DNA of 64,000 nucleotides, from positions 186,001-250,000 of IMG/VR virus record IMGVR_UViG_3300037086_000360. The stretch is one strand, 5' to 3'. Of this stretch, positions 37,299-46,536 are shown piece by piece. A program made the position numbers and the translations under genes. Positions within the stretch are counted from its first letter, which is position 1, and each line of letters opens with the position of its first letter. The notes under the pieces are model-generated. The model did no database searches, was not told the DNA's origin, and saw only the letters and a list, made by a program, of their open reading frames with translations.

Positions 37299-37826
37299 AT
37301 GTCATTCAATTCCGAATACTTCGACTCTTTCAATGCAGCCAAAAAAGACTTAGTCTTAACTGGAAATCACGCCAATGGTGATGATGTTTTAGTCATTATA
37401 GCTAATGGCATCATGGATACTTACAACTCACCAGACGCCTGTAAAGCAATCTTACAAACCGTTACATCAGATACAGGAAAAAACATTGTTCTTGATCTTG
37501 AACAGTTGACTTATGTCTCTTCTACAGGAGTTGGTACATTGGTAGAAATTTTGAAGACATCAACTATTCTTGACAAGAGCCTTTTTCTTTTAAACATGAA
37601 CACTAAAGTGAAGGAAGTCATGGATCTTCTTGGATTTTTGCAGATGTTCTTGGTAGTTTCAACTATAGAAGAGGTAAAAACTATTGGAAAATCCTCAATT
37701 TTTCCAATGAATATCAAGTGTCTCTCCTGTTCAGCCAAGTTGAGAATTCCAAAGGCCGGAAGATTCAAATGCTCTCAGTGTAAAAAAGTTATAGAAGCAA
37801 ATAAGGATGGAAAACTGACAATATGA
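37299..37826 (+). CDS. STAS-domain anti-sigma-factor antagonist with C-terminal Zn ribbon
   Basis: VLDLEQLTYVSSTGVG, VKEVMDLLGF; C-terminal FP..CLSC..GRFKCSQC. Confidence 0.85.
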   Translation: MSFNSEYFDSFNAAKKDLVLTGNHANGDDVLVIIANGIMDTYNSPDACKAILQTVTSDTGKNIVLDLEQLTYVSSTGVGTLVEILKTSTILDKSLFLLNMNTKVKEVMDLLGFLQMFLVVSTIEEVKTIGKSSIFPMNIKCLSCSAKLRIPKAGRFKCSQCKKVIEANKDGKLTI

Positions 37827-38041
37827 AAATAGAAGATTTTTTCGATAATCTGAATGTGGTTTTTGGTGACAGTGAGGGCGAGTTTGCAGATGTTGTTTCA
37901 AACGTCTATAGAGATGAAGATGGTAAAATAACTGAGATTCGTGTTTTCAATAGGGAATACGATGAGTTTCTAGTTATTGAGAGAGATGGAACATCTTATG
38001 CGATTAGCGTACCTGGTGAAAAAGATTTAGCCAAAAAATAA
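37823..38041 (+). CDS. Hypothetical protein
   Basis: Coupled ORF. Confidence 0.55.
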   Translation: MKIEDFFDNLNVVFGDSEGEFADVVSNVYRDEDGKITEIRVFNREYDEFLVIERDGTSYAISVPGEKDLAKK

Positions 38042-38042
38042 T

Positions 38043-38729
38043 ATGACACGAAGAATTATTCCGATTTTCGCCATGATTTTGGGGATGTTGGGATTGGTTC
38101 TCTTTTTGTTAGCTGCTGAGATATTACCAGACACTACTAAAGAGATCGTGTCTGAAGCCTCAAATTGGTTTGATAAAGCCCGCTATGAAAAATCTCTAAC
38201 AGATACTAGTAAATACTATACTGGTTTTCAAATTAATGAACAAATAGCGCGATTGTATAATCAAGTCAATTTTGTAGATTTTTATAACCAATTTATTCCA
38301 GACAGAGAGTTGATAAAAGCAACACTGCAGTATGGATTGAAATATAATGCTCCAATTAACTCTGCCTTCGCGCTTTGTAAGGGAGAGAGCCAGTTTAATC
38401 CAATGGCTTTTAATCGTAATACTAATGGAACAGTAGATAGAAGCTACTGGCAACTAAACAATGGTCATAGAAGAAATTGGAAGGTGGCTGATTTTTACAA
38501 CGTTTGGAAAGCTACTCCAGAAGCTCTTCGCCAATTCAGAGATTCAATTAATTTTGCCAACGACATTACTTTTGCATGGTTGACGTATAATATGGGAATG
38601 GGAGGAGCCAGGCCGTGGATAGCGGTCAAACAAATACCAGAGTTCAGAAAAGATTACATCAATGAAATTTCGGATTTTGAAGACATGCTCAATAAGGCTT
38701 TTAACGACGGATTGAAGAGATGGAATTAG
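38043..38729 (+). CDS. Lytic transglycosylase (SLT domain) with N-terminal membrane anchor
   Basis: ESQFNPMA.N.N.NGTVD..YWQLN, TYNMG. Confidence 0.82.
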   Translation: MTRRIIPIFAMILGMLGLVLFLLAAEILPDTTKEIVSEASNWFDKARYEKSLTDTSKYYTGFQINEQIARLYNQVNFVDFYNQFIPDRELIKATLQYGLKYNAPINSAFALCKGESQFNPMAFNRNTNGTVDRSYWQLNNGHRRNWKVADFYNVWKATPEALRQFRDSINFANDITFAWLTYNMGMGGARPWIAVKQIPEFRKDYINEISDFEDMLNKAFNDGLKRWN

Positions 38730-38941
38730 CAGTTGGAGACGTGATAAAAATCTCTGGTGCTATCTATATGATCGCCGCCATAAATACGAAGAAATCGTTA
38801 AAGAACCCGACTGTCACTATAATGGGTTTAGATGGTCAATATGAGGCGCACTATAAGTCTGTTTTGTCTGATGTCAGGGCTCGACACGTTATAGGAGAAA
38901 ACAATATAGCTAAGTGCTTGTTGATGTTTCGTAAAAAATGA
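38720..38941 (+). CDS. Hypothetical protein (C-terminal IAKCLL)
   Basis: Overlapping ORF. Confidence 0.5.
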   Translation: MELAVGDVIKISGAIYMIAAINTKKSLKNPTVTIMGLDGQYEAHYKSVLSDVRARHVIGENNIAKCLLMFRKK

Positions 38942-38989
38942 CAAGAAGCATATTTATGTGTAGTAATAATGTCCGCACAGGAGTAAGGA

Positions 38990-39070
38990 ATGCTTCTAAA
39001 CAAGTTTAAGGGTCGCTTAGTGATCTTCGAAGGAGAAGATCATTGCGGATTGAATAATTCTGATTCCTGA
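38990..39070 (+). pseudogene. Orphan 5' fragment of thymidylate kinase
   Basis: MLLNKFKGRLVIFEGEDHCG-LNNSDS* matches MLLNKFKGKLICLEGQDHCG-KTT of 40024-40671; has its own RBS. Confidence 0.85.
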
Positions 39071-39097
39071 GCAAGATAATATCATGAGGAGATTCCA

Positions 39098-40033
39098 ATG
39101 ATATTATCTGAGTTGAAAAAAGTAAATTCAAAATACAAACCCCAACTTAAAGACAAAATTCAAATCACCCAATTCGTAAAAATAAAATGTGACAATAAAG
39201 AGTGCGGAAAGGAATGGGAAATATCATACTCTTACGTCTTGAAGGGACGAGAAACATATGGTAGAGATCTTTGCTATTCTTGTAAATTGAAAGAACAATA
39301 TAAAAGGGGTTTGAGAGAAGAGCAGAGAATAAAGTTAGCAGAAAGAAATGTTGAAAACTCTGGAAAAACATACGAAGAAATTTATGGTACAAAGAAGGCT
39401 GAAAAATTCAAGAAAAAATTATCGAATTCAAATTCTGGAGAAAATAATCCTAATTTTGGTGGTCTTTATTCACATGGGTTTAGAGATAGGCCCCTCAACA
39501 TAAAAGGTAAATCATTCGAAGAAATATATGGTGATGAAAGAGCTGGTGAATATAAGAAAAAACTTTCAAAAGCTTCTTCGGGTGAGAACAATGGAATGTA
39601 TGGAAAACCATCTCCACAAGGTTCTGGAAATGGTTGGTCTGGGTGGTACAAAGCAAAGTATTTCAGAAGTCTTTTAGAGCTTTCATTTATAGTCAATGTG
39701 TTAGAAAAACAGAAATTACTATGGGACACTGGAGAAATAGCTAAATACAATATTCCATATGTAGATTACAAAGGAACTAATAGGAGTTATTATCCAGATT
39801 TTGTAATAGAGAATAGTGTTGTTGTTGAAATAAAACCCCACAATCTGAGAAATAGTAAAGATATATTGTTGAAGGAAGAGGCTGCAAAAAAGTGGTGTAA
39901 AAAGCATAATTTTGAATATAGAATCATAGACGAAGTGGAACGCCTTTCTGATGAAGAAATTAGAACACTTCATGATAATGAGTTAGTTAGATTCATAGAT
40001 CGATATGAGGAGAAATTCAAAAGATGCTATTAA
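39098..40033 (+). CDS. Free-standing homing endonuclease (NUMOD3-like repeats plus TnsA-like PD-(D/E)xK domain)
   Basis: Repeated GKxxEEIYG..KKKLS..SGENN; FRSLLE, YYPDF, VEIKP. Confidence 0.82.
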   Translation: MILSELKKVNSKYKPQLKDKIQITQFVKIKCDNKECGKEWEISYSYVLKGRETYGRDLCYSCKLKEQYKRGLREEQRIKLAERNVENSGKTYEEIYGTKKAEKFKKKLSNSNSGENNPNFGGLYSHGFRDRPLNIKGKSFEEIYGDERAGEYKKKLSKASSGENNGMYGKPSPQGSGNGWSGWYKAKYFRSLLELSFIVNVLEKQKLLWDTGEIAKYNIPYVDYKGTNRSYYPDFVIENSVVVEIKPHNLRNSKDILLKEEAAKKWCKKHNFEYRIIDEVERLSDEEIRTLHDNELVRFIDRYEEKFKRCY

Positions 40034-40671
40034 ACAAGTTCAAGGGTAAATTAATTTGTCTAGAGGGTCAAGATCACTGTGGGAAAACTACCGTAGGAAA
40101 GCTCTTGAATCAAGCTTTGAATGATGCCGGTATCAAATCCATCTTTACATTTCAGCCAGGAGATCCAGCTTATGGTTCTCATGCAGAACTGATTGATAAG
40201 TTTTGCACCAAGAAAGAGTATCCATTAGATCCACTGTCAAATCTCTTTGCATTTTTGTTGGATAGATCTGAACACACTTCTAAGATCGTAATTCCAGCTT
40301 TGAAAAATGGCATCACTGTTATTTCTGATAGATGGTGGTATTCAACAATTGCTTACCAATTCTATGGTAAACAGCTTTTAGAAAAGTACTTCCTAGATAA
40401 GAAATTTGCAGGGTGGATGAATATTCTTGCATCTCACTATATGCAACCTGATATTTCATTTTATTTTCAAAGGCAGCAACAATTAATTGATAACGACAAA
40501 AACGATGAATCAGATCAATTTGAAACTGCTGATGAAGCATTCAAAAGAAGAGTCAAGAATGCTTATTTGGATATGGTCAACGACAAAATCTTTGTTAAGA
40601 TTGATGTATCGAGCGATCCAAATGAGACTCTTCAAAGAGTTTTAAACGCTGATTTTTATGTAGATCAATAA
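40024..40671 (+). CDS. tmk: Thymidylate kinase
   Basis: EGQDHCGKTT P-loop, LLDRSEH, VISDRWWYSTIAYQ. Confidence 0.92.
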   Translation: MLLNKFKGKLICLEGQDHCGKTTVGKLLNQALNDAGIKSIFTFQPGDPAYGSHAELIDKFCTKKEYPLDPLSNLFAFLLDRSEHTSKIVIPALKNGITVISDRWWYSTIAYQFYGKQLLEKYFLDKKFAGWMNILASHYMQPDISFYFQRQQQLIDNDKNDESDQFETADEAFKRRVKNAYLDMVNDKIFVKIDVSSDPNETLQRVLNADFYVDQ

Positions 40672-40980
40672 ATGAACTTGGACGAAAAAGACATTCTAGA
40701 ATCTAAGAATGATTTTGATAAATGGCTCGAGGAAATGCGTCAAGAAAGTGTTGATAGAGTTGAAAAGAATCGTCTTGAATACGAGGCCTATCTCGCTGCT
40801 GGTGGTTGTGCTCATAGCAAATGCATACCAATTTATGACAGTGAGAGAGTTAGAAAAAAAATTATGAGTGCTGAAGAGGTGAGAAGACTTTATCCTCGTT
40901 TTTTTGGCAATTGTCCAGACTGCGGACAACAACTCATTCAATATGCTTCATTTGAACACTATTTGGCTGGTGATTGGTGA
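40672..40980 (+). CDS. Hypothetical Zn-binding protein
   Basis: YPRFFGNCPDCG..YASFEHYLAGDW. Confidence 0.65.
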   Translation: MNLDEKDILESKNDFDKWLEEMRQESVDRVEKNRLEYEAYLAAGGCAHSKCIPIYDSERVRKKIMSAEEVRRLYPRFFGNCPDCGQQLIQYASFEHYLAGDW

Positions 40981-41267
40981 TGTTCGATTGCAGGCAGAAG
41001 GACTGTCCAAATCATCCTGAATATGTTTCGGAACCAGCAAATCTTGAAAATGAAACGAATTTCAAACATAAATTCAGAGAAGCTGCATTGAAAAACCATT
41101 ATAGTAATCAAACATTGAGTTGGGAAAATCTATCAGAAGCTGCTGGATGGATTAAGTTGGATGGGATCAGAATCTCCACCGAATGTTTGATTTGTGTGCA
41201 TTGTCCAAAAATAGATGTTCGTGAAATCAAAATCGCAGCATTAGCAAAAGATTATCTAAGAAAATGA
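40974..41267 (+). CDS. Small Cys-rich protein (AKxxL C-terminal family)
   Basis: CxxxxCPxH and CxxC; paralog of the next gene. Confidence 0.65.
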   Translation: MVMFDCRQKDCPNHPEYVSEPANLENETNFKHKFREAALKNHYSNQTLSWENLSEAAGWIKLDGIRISTECLICVHCPKIDVREIKIAALAKDYLRK

Positions 41268-41656
41268 AAATACTAGAATGTGATAAAATGGACTGTCCAG
41301 CTCATTCAAAATATGTAAATCCTGAACCACCGGTAGTTCCAACTGGAATCTATTCGAGTACTACTGGAACATATTCTGCTGCGGTTGGTGGCGGAGGTGC
41401 AGGTTCAGGTGGTTTGATGGGCGTGGTCGTTGGTGGAGGTGGGGGTGCTGGAGTCATGACAATTAATGGTGTTCCATCATACGTCAGTAGCTTATCTTGG
41501 CCACAAATATCCGCAGTTCCACAAGAAAAACAAATATATCTCTGTTTTGGAGAAATCAGAGTCCATCCTGCCTGTCTTATGTGTTCCAATCTTCCAAAAA
41601 TGGATATGAGAGAGGTTCAAATAGCCGAAAAAGCTAAGACAATGTTGGAGAGATGA
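41264..41656 (+). CDS. Small Cys-rich protein with Gly-rich insert (AKxxL family)
   Basis: CDKMDCPAH, CLMC; paralog of the preceding gene. Confidence 0.65.
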   Translation: MKILECDKMDCPAHSKYVNPEPPVVPTGIYSSTTGTYSAAVGGGGAGSGGLMGVVVGGGGGAGVMTINGVPSYVSSLSWPQISAVPQEKQIYLCFGEIRVHPACLMCSNLPKMDMREVQIAEKAKTMLER

Positions 41657-41674
41657 CCTCTTGGAGAAAATAAA

Positions 41675-42184
41675 ATGTCGAATACAAATAGTAATACGCC
41701 TTCCTATTCTGTTTCTATTGGTGCTTCCATACTTGGTGGTGTTACAAACAGTGCTTCTTCTTCACTCAATGTTGGAGTCGATTATGCCTCCGGTAGTAGT
41801 CAATCTGACTATACGACATACACGACTACGACTACTAATACCACCAATGTAATTTATGGTCAACAGGTTGGTGGTGGATGGCAGTGGCAACAGACTGGTT
41901 CAACAATATGGCCGTACAATCCTTCAACCACTCAACCAATTATCACAATAACTCCAGGAGTCATTTCAATTCCTTCTGTTTGGCCTCTACCTCCAAAATG
42001 GCCTGAAAATCTTCCTGATACAATTGGTCTCCTTTACATAAAAGATGGAAAGCTAATGATGATGACGGAAGAGGGTGTGGAAGTAGAACTTCTTGACCTA
42101 TCTACTGCAGAAGGTGAAACTGCTCAAATTCTCATAGCCATTGCAGCCAAGAAAAAACTTTCCGAAGGAACTCCAGCAAAATAA
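41675..42184 (+). CDS. Ser/Thr-rich protein with TIGLLYIKDG domain (AKxxL family)
   Basis: GGAG RBS; paralog of 9606-9815. Confidence 0.65.
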   Translation: MSNTNSNTPSYSVSIGASILGGVTNSASSSLNVGVDYASGSSQSDYTTYTTTTTNTTNVIYGQQVGGGWQWQQTGSTIWPYNPSTTQPIITITPGVISIPSVWPLPPKWPENLPDTIGLLYIKDGKLMMMTEEGVEVELLDLSTAEGETAQILIAIAAKKKLSEGTPAK

Positions 42185-42426
42185 TGAGCTATAAGGATAA
42201 TTGGCCGAAGGACGCCATTGCCTGGGGAGACATCAATTCAGACGACAACTCCTACAACGTAAGGGTTCATTATTTGCCAAGTAGAAATATTTTTGTGATT
42301 TCTCCAGATCCTATGTATGCTGTGCCAATTATTGATTTAAACAAGGATCCTGACAACGAAGTGGCAAAAAGACTATTGGCCCTCATAGCAAAAAGAGTGA
42401 TCAATCAATCAAATGAGAAGACATAA
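42184..42426 (+). CDS. Small protein (AKxxL family)
   Basis: C-terminal LLALIAKRVI. Confidence 0.6.
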   Translation: MSYKDNWPKDAIAWGDINSDDNSYNVRVHYLPSRNIFVISPDPMYAVPIIDLNKDPDNEVAKRLLALIAKRVINQSNEKT

Positions 42427-42646
42427 AGTTCACTGGTATGAATCAAATTCTTGGTGGTACGCCGAAGTTAAAGGCAGACTCCAAAAAAATCTAATTGGTG
42501 AGATTTTCTTTGAAAATGGTTATGTTGTACTATATCACGACAATCCTCGACAGAAAATAGTCCTTGGCAAGATAGAAAATGATAGTGGGATTGCAAAGAA
42601 GCTTACCACTCACATCGCAAAAACGATGTTGGAAAAAAACGAATGA
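42413..42646 (+). CDS. Small protein (AKxxL family)
   Basis: IGEIFFENG; LTTHIAKTML. Confidence 0.6.
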   Translation: MRRHKVHWYESNSWWYAEVKGRLQKNLIGEIFFENGYVVLYHDNPRQKIVLGKIENDSGIAKKLTTHIAKTMLEKNE

Positions 42647-42879
42647 AACTAAAAGAGTATGTCAAATCGCTTCAAAAGGATCCGTCTAGTGATATACCTA
42701 CGATGGGTGATCCTTCTCCAGAAGGATTGGGCTCTATATTCACAATAGCAGGAAAGTTGTGTATGATCAATCATGATGAGGTAACTGAAATAGGTGATAT
42801 AGAAGACATAGATGAAACGATAGAAAATTTGACCGTGTATATTGCGAAAGAGCTACTGAAGGGAAAGAAAAGAAATTGA
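42643..42879 (+). CDS. Small protein (AKxxL family)
   Basis: LTVYIAKELL. Confidence 0.6.
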   Translation: MKLKEYVKSLQKDPSSDIPTMGDPSPEGLGSIFTIAGKLCMINHDEVTEIGDIEDIDETIENLTVYIAKELLKGKKRN

Positions 42880-43178
42880 GCAGAAAATTACCACAGCCAC
42901 TGCCTGGAGGCATAAGGAAACCAACACCTCCACCTGCCCCTCCAAGAACTGTAACTCCAAAGAACATGAAAAAGAACCCATGGCTGCTCAAATTTAATGA
43001 ATTACATGATCCAAGCTATTTAGGAGAGCTCCATTTTGAAAATGGACATCTTATTCTGCATCAACCGGATCACCCATACGCAGAAGAAGTAAAAATAGAT
43101 TTAGGTGATCTTAATAATTCTGAGGGCATGCAACAGGTCCTCACTACTGTTATAGCAAAAAGACTGTTGATAAAGTAA
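42876..43178 (+). CDS. Small Pro-rich protein (AKxxL family)
   Basis: LGELHFENG; LTTVIAKRLL. Confidence 0.6.
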   Translation: MSRKLPQPLPGGIRKPTPPPAPPRTVTPKNMKKNPWLLKFNELHDPSYLGELHFENGHLILHQPDHPYAEEVKIDLGDLNNSEGMQQVLTTVIAKRLLIK

Positions 43179-43205
43179 TCATATAAAAAATCACAGGAGA
43201 GAGTA

Positions 43206-43433
43206 ATGAATAATGAACAAATCAGGTTAGCGATACGCGACCTGTCTAAAGCCCTTCAGGAAGACGAGGGAGACATAGAGTTTTTAGGAGCAACAGAGAA
43301 TGGAATTGTCAATATACGACTTATCGGACAATGCGCTGGCTGTTCATCAAGATTAATGGTAAAGAACTTCATTGAGTTGAATTTGAAAAGAAAGTTTCCA
43401 GAAGTCGAAAGAGTTGTTGCGGTCCGAGCATAA
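43206..43433 (+). CDS. NifU C-terminal domain (Nfu-type Fe-S carrier)
   Basis: LQEDEGDIEF, RLIGQCAGC, IELNL...PEVERV. Confidence 0.85.
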   Translation: MNNEQIRLAIRDLSKALQEDEGDIEFLGATENGIVNIRLIGQCAGCSSRLMVKNFIELNLKRKFPEVERVVAVRA

Positions 43434-43465
43434 TTCTTTCCATAATAGAGTTCAAGGAGAAAAAG

Positions 43466-43726
43466 ATGGCCGACCTTTCCTTCAATAAAGAAGCAATTGC
43501 TGATATTAAGAAAACCTTCAAATCCCTGAAGATGCTTCAGGAACAAAAGAAATCAATTTCAGAAGACATCCGCGAAGAAAAGCTCGAATGCTCAAAGAAA
43601 ACTGGTATGGCAATCAAGGATATCAACAACATCATGAAGGTCCTGCACGCCCGTGAGAAGGGCGACTATTCCGAGGACTACACGAAAATTGCCAAGGCGG
43701 TAGAAGGTATTCTAGACGCAGAGTAA
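43466..43726 (+). CDS. Putative dsDNA-binding protein (T4 DsbA/GapR-like)
   Basis: Helical 86-aa protein with LQEQKKSISEDIRE..KKTGM..KDINNIMK pattern; AAGGAG RBS. Confidence 0.55.
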   Translation: MADLSFNKEAIADIKKTFKSLKMLQEQKKSISEDIREEKLECSKKTGMAIKDINNIMKVLHAREKGDYSEDYTKIAKAVEGILDAE

Positions 43727-43794
43727 TGGGCTACGGGGGGCGTCGTTGACGTCTGAAATGGTCCATAAATAATACTCCTCCATTTCCTCCATTT

Positions 43795-43820
43795 AGCGCT
43801 CGGAAACGAGCGCTTTTTTT
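43795..43820 (+). terminator. Intrinsic terminator
   Basis: AGCGCTCG-GAAA-CGAGCGCT followed by T-tract. Confidence 0.85.
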
Positions 43821-43854
43821 ATCCCTGAGGCCCATCTTCTGTAAGATAATAGAA

Positions 43855-44166
43855 ATGAGCAAGTTCTACAAGTGGCTGAAGAGCGATACCTTGTATAATT
43901 CTAAGGGCAGGATCGATCAGCCTATTTGGTGGTATCTGATAGGAACAGGGATACAGTCAAATACTGGTTGGGCAATAGCTGTTGGGTGGGTGTTTGGTGG
44001 AAGTAGGGGAGAGGGGCCACTAGGATTCGACAAGAAATTGCTCAAATTAAAAGTAGTACAACCAAAAGATCACCAACGATTTGAAAAAAGAATGATAACA
44101 GATGTCTTTGAGAGAGGCAAGACGTTGTGGCCTGAAGGCATAAGGAGCATAAAGTATGAGCGATAA
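43855..44166 (+). CDS. Hypothetical protein
   Basis: ATG 6 nt after AAGATAA; near-terminal KRMITDVF. Confidence 0.6.
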   Translation: MSKFYKWLKSDTLYNSKGRIDQPIWWYLIGTGIQSNTGWAIAVGWVFGGSRGEGPLGFDKKLLKLKVVQPKDHQRFEKRMITDVFERGKTLWPEGIRSIKYER

Positions 44167-44824
44167 TCAAGATCTTACGAAATACCTCGTTCAAGGTAGA
44201 GTAGATGAAGAACTCGATAAAGAAGTTGATCAGGCTCTGGAGCCAGCAAAGAAACCAGAACCTCCAAAAACTACTCAGCCTGGTAAGATTGTACCAGCCG
44301 TCCTGGTAGATGAGAATCAATTGAAACTATCATTGGTCAAGAAGATGGTAGAAGCCCTGACTGAGCAAAGCATGTATGGACCAACTGGCACTGGCACTGA
44401 TGAAACGGACCCCAAGATCAAGGTTTCAAGAGCACTGACTCAAACTGTTTCAGATGCTCTTTGGAAGATCAGTGATTTCGATAGAAAGGGATCTGATATG
44501 GACGATCTCAATGCAGAGATTCAGAAAGAGTTGAAGATGAGTTACAACAAAGTTCTTCGCCTTGCTGTCAAGAAGCTCTATGACACGTGGTGGGGTGGAG
44601 ACAGTGAAGAAGAAAAGAAAGAACCAGAGAAGAAAGAACCAGAAAAAGAAGAGCCCAAACTTCAACTTCAGATAATTCCAAATGAACAAATCAAGTCTCC
44701 TACTGGAGAGACATTGAAGATTGAAGAGATCCTGGGTGATAAGGTTAAGCTTCAAAAGGCCAATGGAGAATTCGTTCTAGCAGATCTTGATTCAGTAAAG
44801 AAGTGGGCAGGATTAATTAAATAG
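44156..44824 (+). CDS. Hypothetical protein, possibly virion-associated
   Basis: AAGGAG RBS; acidic. Confidence 0.7.
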   Translation: MSDNQDLTKYLVQGRVDEELDKEVDQALEPAKKPEPPKTTQPGKIVPAVLVDENQLKLSLVKKMVEALTEQSMYGPTGTGTDETDPKIKVSRALTQTVSDALWKISDFDRKGSDMDDLNAEIQKELKMSYNKVLRLAVKKLYDTWWGGDSEEEKKEPEKKEPEKEEPKLQLQIIPNEQIKSPTGETLKIEEILGDKVKLQKANGEFVLADLDSVKKWAGLIK

Positions 44825-44840
44825 AACTAAGGAGTAAAAA

Positions 44841-45629
44841 ATGGCAAGTGAGTTTGCAAACAACTTTCTCGATAGAATGATACGTGAAACGTCTGACGAA
44901 CCACAAAAGGAAGCAACAAGGGCTGAGCTTATCAGAGTTACAAGAGATGTACCAGTCCAGAGAACACAGTCAAAGCCCAAGCCAAGACCAATACCACAAC
45001 CAAAAGAAGAGCCCGTAGAAGAGGAATTCGGCACAGTAGAGAAAAAAGTAGAAGAAGAACAGCTTGAAGAGGATTTTGTTGAAAAGGCCCTTAATTACGC
45101 TAGTGTTGTCATGAGAACTGTGAAGAAAACATTCGAATCGTCAAAAGAAAGAGAAATTGTCTTGGAAGCTCTTTATAGTACTCTAAAGCTTCATTTCAAG
45201 ACCAAAGGGAGAGAGCTTGTGGAAGAAACCACCACCCATAGGGCTGCTCCAGTTCATTCAGTTGGTGTTGCTTCTCAACTTTCTCCCCAATCCACCGCTC
45301 CTGTCAAACAAATCGACAAAACAAATCTGCATCCTGGTGGAACGATGTCAGAACGTGATTGGATGAAGATCCCAACCATTTCTTACACTGATTACGAAAC
45401 CTTTGATCCTGCTGCAGTTGAGGCCGAAGCTGGAAAAGAAGAGGCGAGAATAGTCGCACCACAACCAATTGCTCCCACCCCAGCAGTTCGCAAATCTAGT
45501 GAGACATATGATCCAAAGCAGGTTGCGGCGCCAATAGTAGTCAATAATGATGGATTACCAACTCTAGACGTTAATTCAATGAGTCAAGAATCCATACATG
45601 CTTTGAGAGTTTTAGCGGGGATAGAATAA
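44841..45629 (+). CDS. Hypothetical protein, possibly virion-associated
   Basis: AAGGAG RBS; ends LRVLAGIE. Confidence 0.7.
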   Translation: MASEFANNFLDRMIRETSDEPQKEATRAELIRVTRDVPVQRTQSKPKPRPIPQPKEEPVEEEFGTVEKKVEEEQLEEDFVEKALNYASVVMRTVKKTFESSKEREIVLEALYSTLKLHFKTKGRELVEETTTHRAAPVHSVGVASQLSPQSTAPVKQIDKTNLHPGGTMSERDWMKIPTISYTDYETFDPAAVEAEAGKEEARIVAPQPIAPTPAVRKSSETYDPKQVAAPIVVNNDGLPTLDVNSMSQESIHALRVLAGIE

Positions 45630-45819
45630 TGGATGAACAAAGGCTTTTCAATTTACTAGAAGAAATGAACAAAACTCTCAAAGAGGTGGTTTCACAGTTA
45701 GAAGAAGTGAATTCAAGATTTGCAAGATACGAAAATGAACTTGCAGATTCTGATGAAATGAAGAGAATAAAAGAGGGATAAATAGACCACTTGGAAAATT
45801 CAAATGAGAGTGGTGTTCC

Positions 45820-46140
45820 ATGATTTTCAGAGAACCTTTAGAACAATACGTCGGAAGTTGGTTGCATTTCATCGAAGATGAACATGTAAATTCGACTAGA
45901 GGTTTGATTGCTGGTCTAGAACGTCGCATCTATTTTCCAATCGTTTTCATCGACATAAAAAACCAACAGCTAAGATACCGTTATTTTAGAGTTATTCATG
46001 ATGATGGCAGCCCAATTCTCTATTCAGTAGAACAATACTTTCCAACTGATGACGAACTAGTTACATTATCTAAGCATTTACTAGCTTCTGCATATTTCTT
46101 TTCAGATGTGCAAAGCTACTGCGACGATAGAAACCGATAA
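45820..46140 (+). CDS. Hypothetical protein
   Basis: ORF in gene string. Confidence 0.55.
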   Translation: MIFREPLEQYVGSWLHFIEDEHVNSTRGLIAGLERRIYFPIVFIDIKNQQLRYRYFRVIHDDGSPILYSVEQYFPTDDELVTLSKHLLASAYFFSDVQSYCDDRNR

Positions 46141-46534
46141 TAAAATCGACGGCAATACTCTCTATCAAACAATTCATATAGTCCCCTCAAAGCGAACGGA
46201 TCTCAAATACTTCATCCATGATAGATACAAGGCGGCTCGAGCAGTTGACGACATTTTGTCAAAGCTTTATTTTGGTGATGGTCAGACAATAGTGTTTCGA
46301 GAAAAACAGCGTTTTAGAAATCTCATCACAATCAAGTATGAGATGATGGAAGGCGCTAAGCCAGATATGACACCTAAGAAATTTCATATCTCTGCTGAGG
46401 TGCCCTGTTTTGATGGATGTGATTATTGTGTTCAATTGAGACAGTCTAAAAAAGGCATGGACAATTGCCTATATTACAAATGCTTCTTGCCGAGACATAA
46501 GAGAAGTTGTATTGATTTTTGCGAAAGGGATTAA
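46106..46534 (+). CDS. Cys-rich hypothetical protein
   Basis: C-terminal Cys cluster. Confidence 0.55.
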   Translation: MCKATATIETDNKIDGNTLYQTIHIVPSKRTDLKYFIHDRYKAARAVDDILSKLYFGDGQTIVFREKQRFRNLITIKYEMMEGAKPDMTPKKFHISAEVPCFDGCDYCVQLRQSKKGMDNCLYYKCFLPRHKRSCIDFCERD

Positions 46535-46536
46535 GC

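Noticed and set aside
39050-40083. Group I intron or intein in tmk
   Set aside because: No room for, or sign of, intron core helices; an in-frame stop follows the fragment and the downstream tmk has its own complete N-terminus.
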